Assembly (NCBI GenBank): GCA_022616075.1
Contig: JAKEFK010000374.1
Location: 8,560 to 72,559 of the forward strand
Direction of reading: 5' to 3'
Length of the DNA stretch: 64,000 nt
Origin: a bacterium
GTDB lineage: Bacteria; Acidobacteriota; HRBIN11; JAKEFK01
A program made the position numbers and the translations under genes. Under the pieces are notes generated by a model, which did no database searches, was not told the origin of the DNA, and was given only the letters and a program-made list of their open reading frames with translations. Within the stretch, counting starts at the first letter, position 1. The number at the start of each line of letters is the position of its first letter. Below are positions 8,964 to 18,492 of the stretch, one piece after another.

Positions 8964-10367
8964 CTATACAGAAATATAGGCGAGGGTGAAAATCCAGCGG
9001 CGGCTCTTGAATTGCGAGTCGTTCCGACTATTGGGCGTTAACACAATTACGCCTTTTTCCGAAACAAAAGCTGCATCCAGGCGCCAGGAACCGATTCCGA
9101 ATCCCGCGCCCACGCTGTATCCATTAAAATAAACCCGTTCTCCGTTTGCATCAGCGTAAGGCTGCCCATCGCGGAAAATTCCGCTTCGGAGCACAAGACC
9201 GCGTCCGAAATGACCAAAGAGATATTCCGTGCCGGCGCGCCATTGCAGAAGCGATTCCTGGGTTGCGGTTGGCCTCAGGGCCGGATACGGAAGCGTTTCG
9301 TTTTGCAGAATAAGGGGATCGGAGGAATTACTGATCACCCTGGTGGCATCTTTCCAGTCGGAGTAAGTCAGAGAACCGCTAACCAGAAGAGAGTTTGAGG
9401 GACGAACCGCGATCCCGGCTCCCCACTCCATTGGAACATCCAGTGTGCTTTGAGCTGTAATGTTTAGATCGAGATTCCCTGTAGTCGTTTCCACACCGGT
9501 TACACCTTGAGGATTGCGAAATGTGTCAACCCGCGTAAATGGCCCCGTCTTGCGAAGTGTGATGTCCGATTCAACGGTATACGGAAAACGCAAATATCCA
9601 CCAAAGCTCGCCCGGGTCTGCGGAAAAAACAACAACCCAATTTTCAGGTAATTTCCGCTGCGCTCTTCGCGGTATGTCTGCCGAAGCGCCAAATCGGTTC
9701 GCGTATGCACTGTTGGTGAAAGAAGGCTGTCATGAAAATCTCCACTGAGATTGTATTCCGGTCCACTACGGAGAAATGACCATGTTCCACCAACCATGAT
9801 TGCTTTCGACGCGCGCGCGGCTATTCCAAATGCAAATTCTTCTTCGTCGTCCTTGATCTCTTCCAAAAAAGTTCCTTCGGATTGGAAGAAGACAGTGTTT
9901 GACACAAATTCAACAACGCCGGCTTGTTCTTTGAGCTGACGTTCAGGTCCCGTTGATGCCAGCCTGTGCCATGCAAAAGCGGGCACAATCGATATGTTTT
10001 TTGTTTGAAATCCATAAGAAAAGCTAACGCCCTGAAATTGGTTGCCACTCACCTCAAACCGCTGGATGGATTCGAAACGATCCGGAAAGACTTCGTCGGA
10101 AAAGTCTTCATCGCTGTCGCCCATATAACGGTAGTCCACGGAAAGCTGAAGGCCCGGAAGCTGGGCCAGCCCCGCAGGATTCCAATAGATCGCGCTTAAA
10201 TCGTTGGCAACTGCAACATATGCGCCTCCCATTCCGAGGGCGATTGCACCGTATCCTGAGTTCAACAAGCGAAAGGTGGAAGCGGGCTCCAGTTGCTGAC
10301 CGGAAGCAATGGATGAAAAAAACAAAAAAGCGAATAACAAATTAAGACTTCTTCTCATTTTCTGCAT
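8964..10367 (-). CDS. Outer-membrane beta-barrel transporter, FadL/TodX (OMPP1) family
   Basis: Signal peptide MQKMRRSLNLLFAFLFFSSIASG. N-terminal block GYGAIALGMGGAYVAVANDLSAIYWNPAGL matches the FadL-family hatch motif. The start was trimmed from 10442 because the upstream (DY)n codons lie in a palindromic repeat. Confidence 0.7.
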   Translation of the reverse strand: MQKMRRSLNLLFAFLFFSSIASGQQLEPASTFRLLNSGYGAIALGMGGAYVAVANDLSAIYWNPAGLAQLPGLQLSVDYRYMGDSDEDFSDEVFPDRFESIQRFEVSGNQFQGVSFSYGFQTKNISIVPAFAWHRLASTGPERQLKEQAGVVEFVSNTVFFQSEGTFLEEIKDDEEEFAFGIAARASKAIMVGGTWSFLRSGPEYNLSGDFHDSLLSPTVHTRTDLALRQTYREERSGNYLKIGLLFFPQTRASFGGYLRFPYTVESDITLRKTGPFTRVDTFRNPQGVTGVETTTGNLDLNITAQSTLDVPMEWGAGIAVRPSNSLLVSGSLTYSDWKDATRVISNSSDPLILQNETLPYPALRPTATQESLLQWRAGTEYLFGHFGRGLVLRSGIFRDGQPYADANGERVYFNGYSVGAGFGIGSWRLDAAFVSEKGVIVLTPNSRNDSQFKSRRWIFTLAYISV

Positions 10368-10391
10368 ACTCATAACCTGTCGCATCATATC

Positions 10392-10485
10392 AAAGAATAA
10401 TCGTGAATCATAATCTTGATCGTAATCGTAATCCTTACCCACATCTCACTTCGATTTGCGATCAGGATTAAGATCACGATTACGA
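10392..10485. repeat. GATC-rich imperfect palindrome built of GATTACGAT/GATCGTAATC units
   Basis: Arms of about 36 nt (AATCGTGAATCATAATCTTGATCGTAATCGTAATCC versus GGATTAAGATCACGATTACGATTACGATCCACGATT) with a roughly 30-nt loop. Lies between the stop of 10486-12813 and the start of the FadL-like gene. Confidence 0.6.
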
Positions 10486-12813
10486 TTACGATCCACGATT
10501 CATTTTGAGCATAATGAAAAAAGAAAAGAACCCAACCCAGTAAATCGCGAGAGCTATAAGAAAGTTCATACGAAATCCCAGTGTCAGCGCAAATATTACA
10601 CACAGAATGGAACCAACGACAGTCATATAAGCGTTCAATCCCCAACCCCAGGGGATCGCTTCAGGAAATCTTTTTCCTACGATTCTTAATGCAAGGGGAA
10701 ATGGCATTCCCAACACGAATCCCAACGGCACGATACTCAAACCGGAAATCACAAAACGCTGCATCATAGAAAAACCAAGAAAAGCATTTAGCAAACGAGG
10801 TGTCAAAAACATTTCTACTGCCACAAGAACGGTCAATGCAATCAGGATACGCAGCAGCCAGCTTCTTTCACGTCCTTCCACAAACCATCTTTGTAGAAAA
10901 AGACTGCCAGCGCCGGCAGAAATCAGCAGTGAGAATAGAACCGAGGTGATGGAGTAAACAGGCTGTCCCATGAACAATATATGTTTTTGGAAAAGTGAAA
11001 TCTCAATCAAGATGAAACCGGCTCCAATTGCGGAAAAGTAAAGCAAAATCGGAAATGGTGAGATGACAGACTTGATCTTCTTCAAACGAAAAAGCGGGAG
11101 AATGATGAAAAGAAAAGAGAGTATGGCAGCTTCTCCCAACAGTGTATAAAGGGCGAGATCACCCATATTATGAAACCGGATTGCGCTGTTCAGTTCATCC
11201 GGTAATATCGAAGTAGAAGTCTGAAAACTTCCGAGACGCTGGTAATGATCAAAGAAAGGCCAGTTATCGGTCGGCGGAGCCAATACGATGTCGGCCTTCT
11301 CAATAAAGGGATCACGCAAACGAGGCGTAAGCAGTTTGTAATAAATGTTTTTTTCCTTTTTGAATTCTTCGGTGGGCGCGTAAATCAGCTGAACTCTCGC
11401 CATTTTTTGTGAGTCGCGCAAAGTCTGAATTTCAGTTTCTGTGATTTTTCCTTTTTTTAGATAGAATCCGGTATCCCCACCTCTTCGCTGCGTTACAAAC
11501 ACATAATTTTCCGGATCCGGGATGCCTTTTTCCTGAAGTACTACAGAAGCAAGCGGCGCCGCGCGGAGTATCCCTCCACGATTGATGGCAAGCATGCCGC
11601 CCGGTTTTAACCGATCCCAGTATTCCTGAAATGCTTCTTTCGTAAATAAGTAGCTTTCTGAAAGATTGAAGGCTCCTGTTGCGAGCGCCATTGGCGAACA
11701 ATTGTGCACCGTTTGAATGAGATCGAATTGCTCTTTTGTTCGGCGCAAAACACTTCGGCCTTCATCGTTTACAAGCTCAACAGTAGGATGTTGAAAAGTG
11801 CTGCCTAAAAACTCCCGATACCTTTCCTGAACGATTTTAACCATCAGAGGGTCCATCTCTACAGCTACAATCTTATCCAGTCCGAACGAAACAGCATTGA
11901 GTACATCTTCACCGCCACCCGGCCCTATGATGCAAGCAGATTTTCGCGGCGCGATCAGGAATGGGACCGTGCGATTATTCACACGCGGCTGAATTTTCTC
12001 CCACTGCCCCCGAAAGGGCAACAAAAACGATACATTGGAGCCTCCATCCAGATAAATCAATTTACTGGGAGCGGTCGTAAGAACATCAAGGCGGGAGACA
12101 GGAGACCATGCTGAATATTCTATTTTGCGATTGGGCGCGCCATAGAATTTGCCGTGCTTTTCCTGAAAAATCTGAGTCATCGGCAGAGAGAAATGCCTTT
12201 CAGCACCGGGAATCAGCAAAAGTGCCACTCCTGCAAACAGAAAAGACGTAATTTTAACTACTCGCGAGGAAGGCCAGAAGGCTAATGCTGAGCAAGCCGC
12301 GAGAAGGCAGGAGGCCACAATGGCGCCGGAACCTCCCAGAGCAGGAACCAGCCACAACACGGAAATGCAGCCCAGCGCTGCGCCAATAAGATCAGCGCAG
12401 TAAAGTCTTCCTGCTTTTTCGGTGAAGCTGCTCAGAATTAACCCGATCACACAACCGGAGAAGAAGAAGGGAATAATGAGAATCGCGTAGTAAAACACGA
12501 GGCGCACGATTTGGCGCGGGTTGTCTGCGATGTCTTTGAACTGATGCGGAAGAAGTAGGATGATCTGGTAGCAGATTAGAATCGTGATAGCAAACAGCAG
12601 AGCTCCGAGACTCAAGCTGTTCTTCAGGTTTCCAATTCTTTTCTGAAAAAAGAACAGAAAGATGCCACTCAAACCAAAACCGAACAGGGCTGTGCTGATA
12701 ATTAGAAATGCGAAATGGTGAAAAAAGAATACAGAAAAAACCCTGGTGAGAGAAATTTCAAATAAGAGCGTAGCTGCCGAAATCAGGAAGATACCAAGAT
12801 ACATTGTAATCAA
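10486..12813 (-). CDS. Polytopic membrane domain fused to spermidine/spermine-synthase-like aminopropyltransferase domain
   Basis: About 200-aa multi-TM N-terminus. IIGPGGGEDVLNAVSFGLDKIVAVEMDP is a SAM-binding block typical of spermidine synthases. More TM segments at the C-terminus. Start is TTG at 12813 or ATG at 12804. Confidence 0.7.
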   Translation of the reverse strand: MITMYLGIFLISAATLLFEISLTRVFSVFFFHHFAFLIISTALFGFGLSGIFLFFFQKRIGNLKNSLSLGALLFAITILICYQIILLLPHQFKDIADNPRQIVRLVFYYAILIIPFFFSGCVIGLILSSFTEKAGRLYCADLIGAALGCISVLWLVPALGGSGAIVASCLLAACSALAFWPSSRVVKITSFLFAGVALLLIPGAERHFSLPMTQIFQEKHGKFYGAPNRKIEYSAWSPVSRLDVLTTAPSKLIYLDGGSNVSFLLPFRGQWEKIQPRVNNRTVPFLIAPRKSACIIGPGGGEDVLNAVSFGLDKIVAVEMDPLMVKIVQERYREFLGSTFQHPTVELVNDEGRSVLRRTKEQFDLIQTVHNCSPMALATGAFNLSESYLFTKEAFQEYWDRLKPGGMLAINRGGILRAAPLASVVLQEKGIPDPENYVFVTQRRGGDTGFYLKKGKITETEIQTLRDSQKMARVQLIYAPTEEFKKEKNIYYKLLTPRLRDPFIEKADIVLAPPTDNWPFFDHYQRLGSFQTSTSILPDELNSAIRFHNMGDLALYTLLGEAAILSFLFIILPLFRLKKIKSVISPFPILLYFSAIGAGFILIEISLFQKHILFMGQPVYSITSVLFSLLISAGAGSLFLQRWFVEGRERSWLLRILIALTVLVAVEMFLTPRLLNAFLGFSMMQRFVISGLSIVPLGFVLGMPFPLALRIVGKRFPEAIPWGWGLNAYMTVVGSILCVIFALTLGFRMNFLIALAIYWVGFFSFFIMLKMNRGS

Positions 12814-12814
12814 A

Positions 12815-12865
12815 GTAGTGCGGGCGTCTCGCCTGCAAACTGCTCACACCGGACGTCGGCGCTAC
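12815..12865. repeat. REP-like palindromic element family A (degenerate copy)
   Basis: CAAAGTAGTGCGGGCGTCTCGCCTGC…GGACGTCGGCGCTAC. Related to copies at 15535, 27810, 37504, 48076, 50567, 59352 and 63414. Confidence 0.5.
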
Positions 12866-12881
12866 ATCGCTTACAGTGCAT

Positions 12882-13847
12882 TTAAACATCGAGGAGCTTG
12901 AGGGCATGGATCGCATGCGTAAGCGGACCGATTTTCCGGCCTATAGCAGTCCAGTGCGTCTCGATCGTTTGCGCCAGGATGTAACAGGCATTCTGCATCC
13001 ATTCATGATCATCGGGCAAGAATTCGGCAAGAGAACTGATCGCATCCAGACAATGACCGGTCGCATAAACGAGCGACTCATCCCTTTTCTTGAATGAACC
13101 AACCTCCTTCAATGTTTCGCGCCATTCCAGCGGAGTGACCGGAAGTGATTGCTTGCGAAACCAGCACCGTTGCAGCGATCCATCATCCCTCTGCGATTTC
13201 TTGATGAGATGAACAGCCTCCTGAATGTACTGGTACGCATCGAGCCAGGCGCCGTTCAAATGTGATGGCTCTACGTCCTCCTCCAAGCAGAATCGCCGGA
13301 GCGCGAAGGAAATGCCTTCCAGGCGATGCGTTCCGAAGCAGTGCCCATTGCCATACTTCTTTGCGCATTCTGATTGCAAGATTCGTTCAACACTCAGCAG
13401 TTCCCCTTTTTCATTGACCCATTCGGACGTGATTCCAGGATAAGTCGAAAAGAGCATGAGGGACCAGCTTTTTTCGCGGTGATCACTTTGAAAAGTTCTC
13501 TTTGCCGAATCGGCCAAATCCTCCAATGTCCCTTCAGTGCCGCGAGTTGTTACAATCGGAGTTCCTTTGAAGTGCACTCCCGAAACCGCAAATACGCCGA
13601 GCGATTCGTTCAACCTGTCGGGCCGGTCCATTGCGAAGTACGGTCCGTGTGCATCTTCTTCAATCACTCCTGCTTCGCGGCAAAGGAAATCAACGGCGCG
13701 CTGCCGTTCCCCTGACGACAGATTGTACAGAGTCTGAGATGGGCCGCCGGCAAGAATCATGTGAACTATATCTCGCGTTGGGAAAGAACTGTCGAGCTGA
13801 ACTTGCGGAAGCCTGCTGATTGCGTTTTCAGATGTGTGGATAATCAT
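12882..13847 (-). CDS. Hypothetical protein (321 aa) with duplicated G-H-C motifs
   Basis: GNGHCFGTH and ATGHCLD about 100 aa apart. A SQRDDGS block reminiscent of alpha/alpha-toroid QW motifs. ATGA overlap with the upstream 64-aa gene. Confidence 0.5.
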   Translation of the reverse strand: MIIHTSENAISRLPQVQLDSSFPTRDIVHMILAGGPSQTLYNLSSGERQRAVDFLCREAGVIEEDAHGPYFAMDRPDRLNESLGVFAVSGVHFKGTPIVTTRGTEGTLEDLADSAKRTFQSDHREKSWSLMLFSTYPGITSEWVNEKGELLSVERILQSECAKKYGNGHCFGTHRLEGISFALRRFCLEEDVEPSHLNGAWLDAYQYIQEAVHLIKKSQRDDGSLQRCWFRKQSLPVTPLEWRETLKEVGSFKKRDESLVYATGHCLDAISSLAEFLPDDHEWMQNACYILAQTIETHWTAIGRKIGPLTHAIHALKLLDV

Positions 13848-14038
13848 GAGAATAGCGCATCGATGATAAATCCATCCTGCTCGTTGTACCGAATTTGAAA
13901 AGAGGTGCTACTGTCTTCATCCTTTAGAATGTATTCCGATCCGGACTGCTTGGACTGCGCTGCCAAAACCTCCCGGATCTTGTCCTCTTCTAAACTGCTC
14001 AGACTTCTTATGTAATCAAAAGCTTCTTCGTTGGTCAT
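13844..14038 (-). CDS. Small acidic hypothetical protein (64 aa), translationally coupled to 12882-13847
   Basis: Asp/Glu-rich. Its stop overlaps the downstream start in ATGA. Confidence 0.4.
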   Translation of the reverse strand: MTNEEAFDYIRSLSSLEEDKIREVLAAQSKQSGSEYILKDEDSSTSFQIRYNEQDGFIIDALFS

Positions 14039-14158
14039 ACGGCAACTCCTACCATATATTAACCGCCAAAACGCAAAGACGCCAAGTCAAAGAACTATAG
14101 ACACGGCGCTTTCACAAATGTTCATTGGGGGCAAACTTCATGTTAACATCAAGCCCGA

Positions 14159-15538
14159 ATGCGCACACATTTTCTGGCGATTGGCTGCCTTGCGCTCGTG
14201 TTGGTTTGCCTGGGTCTTTTCTATGGCAGGCCTGTGATCCAGAACGATGGAATCTCCTATTACGCCCTGGTTGTCAGTCTTCTGGAGGATCACGACTTCA
14301 ATCTCGAAAACCAGCGCGCAAAATACCGGGAAGTGCGAGTCATTCCAAAGCCCAATTCGAAAGTAGCTTCTTACTATTCTTGCGGCATCGCTTTCCTGTA
14401 CGCTCCTTTTCTCTATACTATGGATTTGTTTCCGGCGATTCGCGAAGCGCGGCCCTATGCGCAAAACGTTAAATTTCCCTTTTCTCACAATCTTGGAATT
14501 TTTCTTGGGAGTGTGTTTTATTCTTTTCTTTCCATCATACTAGCCTACTATTTCCTCATCCATCATCAACAACTCTCCCCGGGCAGGTCTCTGTTCCTGG
14601 CACTTTCTTGCTTCCTTGGAACGCCCTTGCTGTTCTACACATTTACGGTTCCTTCCTTCACTCATGCATCTGATACATTTCTGGTGACTGCGGCATTCCT
14701 GCTGGCCATTTCGAAGAACAAACTACAGGTCGGGTTCATTCGTTTTCGAAATGTGCTGCTCGGCTTTTTTCTGGCCTTCTCGGTGCTGTTGCGAAACAAC
14801 AATATTGTTATCGTGCCTGTCATGGTTTTAGGAGTGCTCTATTTTGAACGGAAAGAAGGCTGGAGACAGGCGATTCACACAAGTCTGGAAATTTTTGGAG
14901 GAGCGCTGCCAGTTCTGATCGTTCACGCTTTCTTCAATTTGAGCCAGTATGGAAAATTGATTGCCACGGGATATGTCATCGACGTTCAGCAAAGAGCTCA
15001 GAAACGTTTTTTCCGTTTCTTCTGGATCTTTTTTCATCCAGTTCCAGGGATCTACCCGTGGTCTCCTGTTGCTCTCATTGCATCGATCGGACTTGTTCTC
15101 GCAGCAATCAAAAAACGGTCTGAGGCATTACTCGCAGTGGCCGTCGCGATCGTGGTTATCATCAGCATCCGTTTTGCCGCAATCATTTTTCCCGGAAGCA
15201 CTTTTGGTCAAAGACTCCTGACGCACCTTTATATTTTTTGGGTATTCGGACTGTCGGAAGTGTTCAAAAGGTCGAGGAAACTTACGATTGGTTTGACTGC
15301 AGCCTGTTTGGTGTGGACCTTCCTGCTGTTTAACACGTATTTCATTTTGACGGGCATGCGACATAGCAAGATCATGGCGATCAAGGGGGGCTCTTCACCT
15401 CATGTGTGGCTTCAAACGGCGATGGAATCTTATCAGGAGGCAAAAACGAAAGGTGAGACCACAAACCCTGTTGAGTTCTGGTACAGGAATTTAGGCGCCA
15501 AACCCTATCCCGTCATCCTGCATCTTTTGCGAATGTAA
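14159..15538 (+). CDS. Polytopic membrane protein, GT-C (ArnT/PMT-like) glycosyltransferase candidate
   Basis: 459 aa, about 11 TM. N-terminal loop with a DGISYY-type acidic patch, as in GT39/GT83 enzymes. Confidence 0.55.
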   Translation: MRTHFLAIGCLALVLVCLGLFYGRPVIQNDGISYYALVVSLLEDHDFNLENQRAKYREVRVIPKPNSKVASYYSCGIAFLYAPFLYTMDLFPAIREARPYAQNVKFPFSHNLGIFLGSVFYSFLSIILAYYFLIHHQQLSPGRSLFLALSCFLGTPLLFYTFTVPSFTHASDTFLVTAAFLLAISKNKLQVGFIRFRNVLLGFFLAFSVLLRNNNIVIVPVMVLGVLYFERKEGWRQAIHTSLEIFGGALPVLIVHAFFNLSQYGKLIATGYVIDVQQRAQKRFFRFFWIFFHPVPGIYPWSPVALIASIGLVLAAIKKRSEALLAVAVAIVVIISIRFAAIIFPGSTFGQRLLTHLYIFWVFGLSEVFKRSRKLTIGLTAACLVWTFLLFNTYFILTGMRHSKIMAIKGGSSPHVWLQTAMESYQEAKTKGETTNPVEFWYRNLGAKPYPVILHLLRM

Positions 15539-15584
15539 CGCGGGCGTCTCGCCTGCGAGAGCGCAGACGGGACGTCCGCGCTAC
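15535..15584. repeat. REP-like palindrome family A; supplies both convergent stop codons
   Basis: gTAAcgcgggcgtctcgcctgcgagagcgcagacgggacgtccgcgCTAc. TAA terminates the plus-strand gene and CTA (minus-strand TAG) terminates the radical SAM gene. Arms pair with G.U wobbles. Confidence 0.7.
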
Positions 15585-16654
15585 TTTCTGTTCAAGATTA
15601 TTGACTCCGTAAATGCGCGGGCCAGTTGCAGGGGTTGATAGACAATGCTTGGCCACAGGAAAATCTCGTTCGTGCAATAGCATTCTTTGCACTCAATCGA
15701 ACGTCGCAGAGCCTGAGCTTCCGGGGATTGCCAGATTTCATGAAATGTTTTGTGGCGAAGATTTCCCAGTGGTGGATGGGTCTCGCAAACCGAAACATCT
15801 CCATTTGCATAAACCACGCCGCTGAGCACACCTGCGCGGCACGGTACGACTTGCTGTCTTTCCTCAGCAGTGCGAATTTTAGCCCATTGCAACATCGGTT
15901 CTACGGATCCACCGAAACGTCCTTTTTCGCGCGGCGCCCACAAATGACGTACGTACTCGTATAACTTTGTATAGGCGAGCAGTTCCGGACCCTGCAGGGA
16001 TGGATTCTTCCGGTCGCCTCGAATCAACGCGAGGTTGTGATGATCCATCGCCGGACACCGCTCATACAAATAAGTCGTCAGCTTTTGGATCTCTTCAAGG
16101 TTGCCGGAAGTCGCGGTGGAAATTGCATGAATGCGCAACCGCGGATCGTGCTTCTGCATCTCCGACAGTTGATCGTACGTCTCCATGGCTTTTTGAAAGG
16201 ACCGCGGATTTCCGCGAAATGTATTGTGAAACTCTTCGGTGCCATCCAGCGACAACTCCGCCGCGAAAAGCTCCAGGTCAGGTTCATTCTCAAGAATATC
16301 TGTGAGGTAACGAACGGTGCGATCCGTGAAGTAACCACTGGTCGGACAATAAATCTGTTTGACTCCATTATTCCGGATGAAAGCGCGGCAAATTTCGGCG
16401 AATTCAGCTCGAAGGAAGGGCTCGCCTCCTCCGAGATTCAAATTCTCCACTTTTCCCAATCCGCGTGAAAGCGCGAGGATTTCCTCGAGTGTCAAATCAT
16501 CCTTTTGATTCAGGCTGCGCCAGTAAAAACAGTGCTCACATGTGAGATTGCAAATCGAAGTGACAAAAAGAATTAAGAACGGAGGAGTTCCGGGAGTCCC
16601 GTAATTCTTCGAAGAGATTCGCGCGTGGCGAATCGCGCGGTTCACAAAGCTCAT
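15581..16654 (-). CDS. Radical SAM enzyme with C-terminal SPASM/twitch-like cysteine cluster
   Basis: [10 protein letters not shown] (Cx3Cx2C). C-terminal CRAG…CETH…CKECYC cysteines. Confidence 0.8.
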   Translation of the reverse strand: MSFVNRAIRHARISSKNYGTPGTPPFLILFVTSICNLTCEHCFYWRSLNQKDDLTLEEILALSRGLGKVENLNLGGGEPFLRAEFAEICRAFIRNNGVKQIYCPTSGYFTDRTVRYLTDILENEPDLELFAAELSLDGTEEFHNTFRGNPRSFQKAMETYDQLSEMQKHDPRLRIHAISTATSGNLEEIQKLTTYLYERCPAMDHHNLALIRGDRKNPSLQGPELLAYTKLYEYVRHLWAPREKGRFGGSVEPMLQWAKIRTAEERQQVVPCRAGVLSGVVYANGDVSVCETHPPLGNLRHKTFHEIWQSPEAQALRRSIECKECYCTNEIFLWPSIVYQPLQLARAFTESIILNRK

Positions 16655-17574
16655 GCCTTCCCTGCCGGCTTTGCAGTCCAGTAGCCGGCAAATTCGCCAA
16701 CAGACCAGAACAAAGTCAAAAGAATTAGATAGGGAAAAGCTTTCATGAATTCAGGGATCAATCTCTTTTTCTGTAATATAGCACGGATTTTCCGGCCCAG
16801 CAGAATAAATGGAAGAAGCGGTGATAGCGCGAGAAACGTCAGACGTTGAGCGATACCGCAATGCTGCGCGCGAGTGCCGGAAAAGGAACGCCCCCAAACA
16901 TAGCGTTCCTTCAGCGCTTTTGCAAGACTCAGATTCTGGCGGTGCTGATACACGATCAACTCCGGCGCCAGCCAAAGCGTTTTTCCACTTTGTAACAAAT
17001 GGTCGTGGAAGGTCGTTTCGTGAAAGGAATTTTGCCACAGGGATCGAGTATTCTCCAGCGTCTCACGTTTGTAGGAGACGTTTGCATCCGTAAGAAAGTA
17101 AGAAGGGCCGGAGGGAAGCGGATTTTGATAACGTCCAAAATCAGAAAAATAAACGGCCCAGTTGAGTGCCCGATCCACATCGTTTTCCATCGAACCTCCG
17201 ATGGCCGCATGTGGTTGCTGATGAAACTCTACGAGTCGTCGCGCCCAATCTGGATGAGCGCGTCCGTGATCTTCGATCAATGCAAGTATTTTCCCGCGCG
17301 CGATGCTCAAGCCCCGCGCGCGCAATTCATCGTGATGCTCCCGGCTTGCTCCATTCCGGTTGACAATCGTGCGTAAGTCGTCGATCTTCAAAAATTGCAC
17401 ATCGGGAAAATCCTGTTCCAGAGCTGGAATTGCAACATCCGATCCATCGTGGGGAACAACAATTTCCATTGAGGGTGGATCATTTTGTGTCCGCAGAGAT
17501 TCCAAACACTTGCGCAAATGATGGACATCACTTACCACAGCAACGATTACCGATAATTCCGGTTCTTGATCCAT
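16651..17574 (-). CDS. Glycosyltransferase family 2 (E-D-H in place of canonical DxD)
   Basis: [22 protein letters not shown]-terminal GT-A fold block. LIEDH. 4-nt overlap with the radical SAM gene. Confidence 0.7.
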   Translation of the reverse strand: MDQEPELSVIVAVVSDVHHLRKCLESLRTQNDPPSMEIVVPHDGSDVAIPALEQDFPDVQFLKIDDLRTIVNRNGASREHHDELRARGLSIARGKILALIEDHGRAHPDWARRLVEFHQQPHAAIGGSMENDVDRALNWAVYFSDFGRYQNPLPSGPSYFLTDANVSYKRETLENTRSLWQNSFHETTFHDHLLQSGKTLWLAPELIVYQHRQNLSLAKALKERYVWGRSFSGTRAQHCGIAQRLTFLALSPLLPFILLGRKIRAILQKKRLIPEFMKAFPYLILLTLFWSVGEFAGYWTAKPAGKA

Positions 17575-17577
17575 GCG

Positions 17578-18492
17578 TTATTCCACTTTCATCAAAGCAT
17601 CGCCAGGTCCGAACAAATAGCCCATCAGCTCACCGGCAATATAAACAACGGCCGCAGGAATCAATAAAGGAAACGTTCGGACATATTTGCCTACCCGGTG
17701 TTTCTTTTGCAACACTCTGGCAGAAATTCTCGCCAGCAGCAAGGCCGGAAGCGCAGGTGAAACCAGAGTATAAATAAAGCGCTTTCCGGGCGGCATCACT
17801 TTCCTGCGGGCGCCGGCATACGCGCGGCTGAATAAATAGCGTTGGCCCAGATAATATCCGTATGGAAACGGACCTCGATGATACACAACCATTGCGGGCA
17901 CAGATTTTAAGATGGCACCCTCCTCTGCAAGTCTAGAGTATAGAAACGCCTCCCAATAACCTTCCTTGAGCTGAGATAGATGCTTTAAGAGAATCTCTTT
18001 GCGAAAAGCGACGTTGTTCCCGGGTAAATCATAAACATTTCCCTGCGGCATCGGTGGCATGTAAGCGTTGTACTCCACAAAATAAGTGACCCAATCTCGA
18101 AGACGTACGTAGTTATCATCCTGAACCGTGCCTCCGATTGCTGCAACTTGAGGATCGAATGAGTTTGCAATAGTGTTCACCCAGTTTTTTGCTGCAGTGC
18201 AATGTTCTTCTATGATCGCAACGAAATCTCCACGAGCATTTTCTACTCCAATTCTTCGTAACTCCGGAATCGTTTTCCTTGAATCCTGCGGAAATATTTT
18301 TACGAAAGGATATTTTTGCTGGAGGCGATTCCGGGTTCCTTCGCCGTGACAATCGACAACAAGCACTTCAAAATCGGGCTCATCTTCTTGTTGAGCGAGT
18401 GAAGCGATGCAATCATCGACGAAAGGTGGGCCCACAACCGAAGCGACAACCACCGAAACTTTCGGGGTCAAACGATCAAGAGCTCCAGACAT
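17578..18492 (-). CDS. Glycosyltransferase family 2, paralog of 16651-17574
   Basis: VSVVVASVVGPPFVDDCIASL. IIEEH. Similar C-terminal basic/hydrophobic tail. Confidence 0.7.
   Translation of the reverse strand: MSGALDRLTPKVSVVVASVVGPPFVDDCIASLAQQEDEPDFEVLVVDCHGEGTRNRLQQKYPFVKIFPQDSRKTIPELRRIGVENARGDFVAIIEEHCTAAKNWVNTIANSFDPQVAAIGGTVQDDNYVRLRDWVTYFVEYNAYMPPMPQGNVYDLPGNNVAFRKEILLKHLSQLKEGYWEAFLYSRLAEEGAILKSVPAMVVYHRGPFPYGYYLGQRYLFSRAYAGARRKVMPPGKRFIYTLVSPALPALLLARISARVLQKKHRVGKYVRTFPLLIPAAVVYIAGELMGYLFGPGDALMKVE

Noticed and set aside
10368-10442. N-terminal MGKDYDYDQDYD… extension of the FadL-like ORF
   Set aside because: It is the GATTACGAT repeat read in frame. A canonical signal peptide begins at the internal Met (10367).
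12882-13847. LanC-like lanthipeptide cyclase assignment for the 321-aa protein
   Set aside because: The G-H-C blocks are in the wrong order relative to LanC's GxAHG / WCxG / CHG motifs. The adjacent small ORF has no Cys, so a lanthipeptide precursor is implausible.
15581-16654. Radical SAM/SPASM as anaerobic sulfatase-maturating enzyme serving the sulfatase-like genes at 0.9-4.7 kb
   Set aside because: The sulfatase-like protein lacks a clean C/S-x-P-x-R formylglycine motif. The genes are 13 kb away on a different transcription unit. The CNLxCxxCFY motif is shared by many SPASM families.
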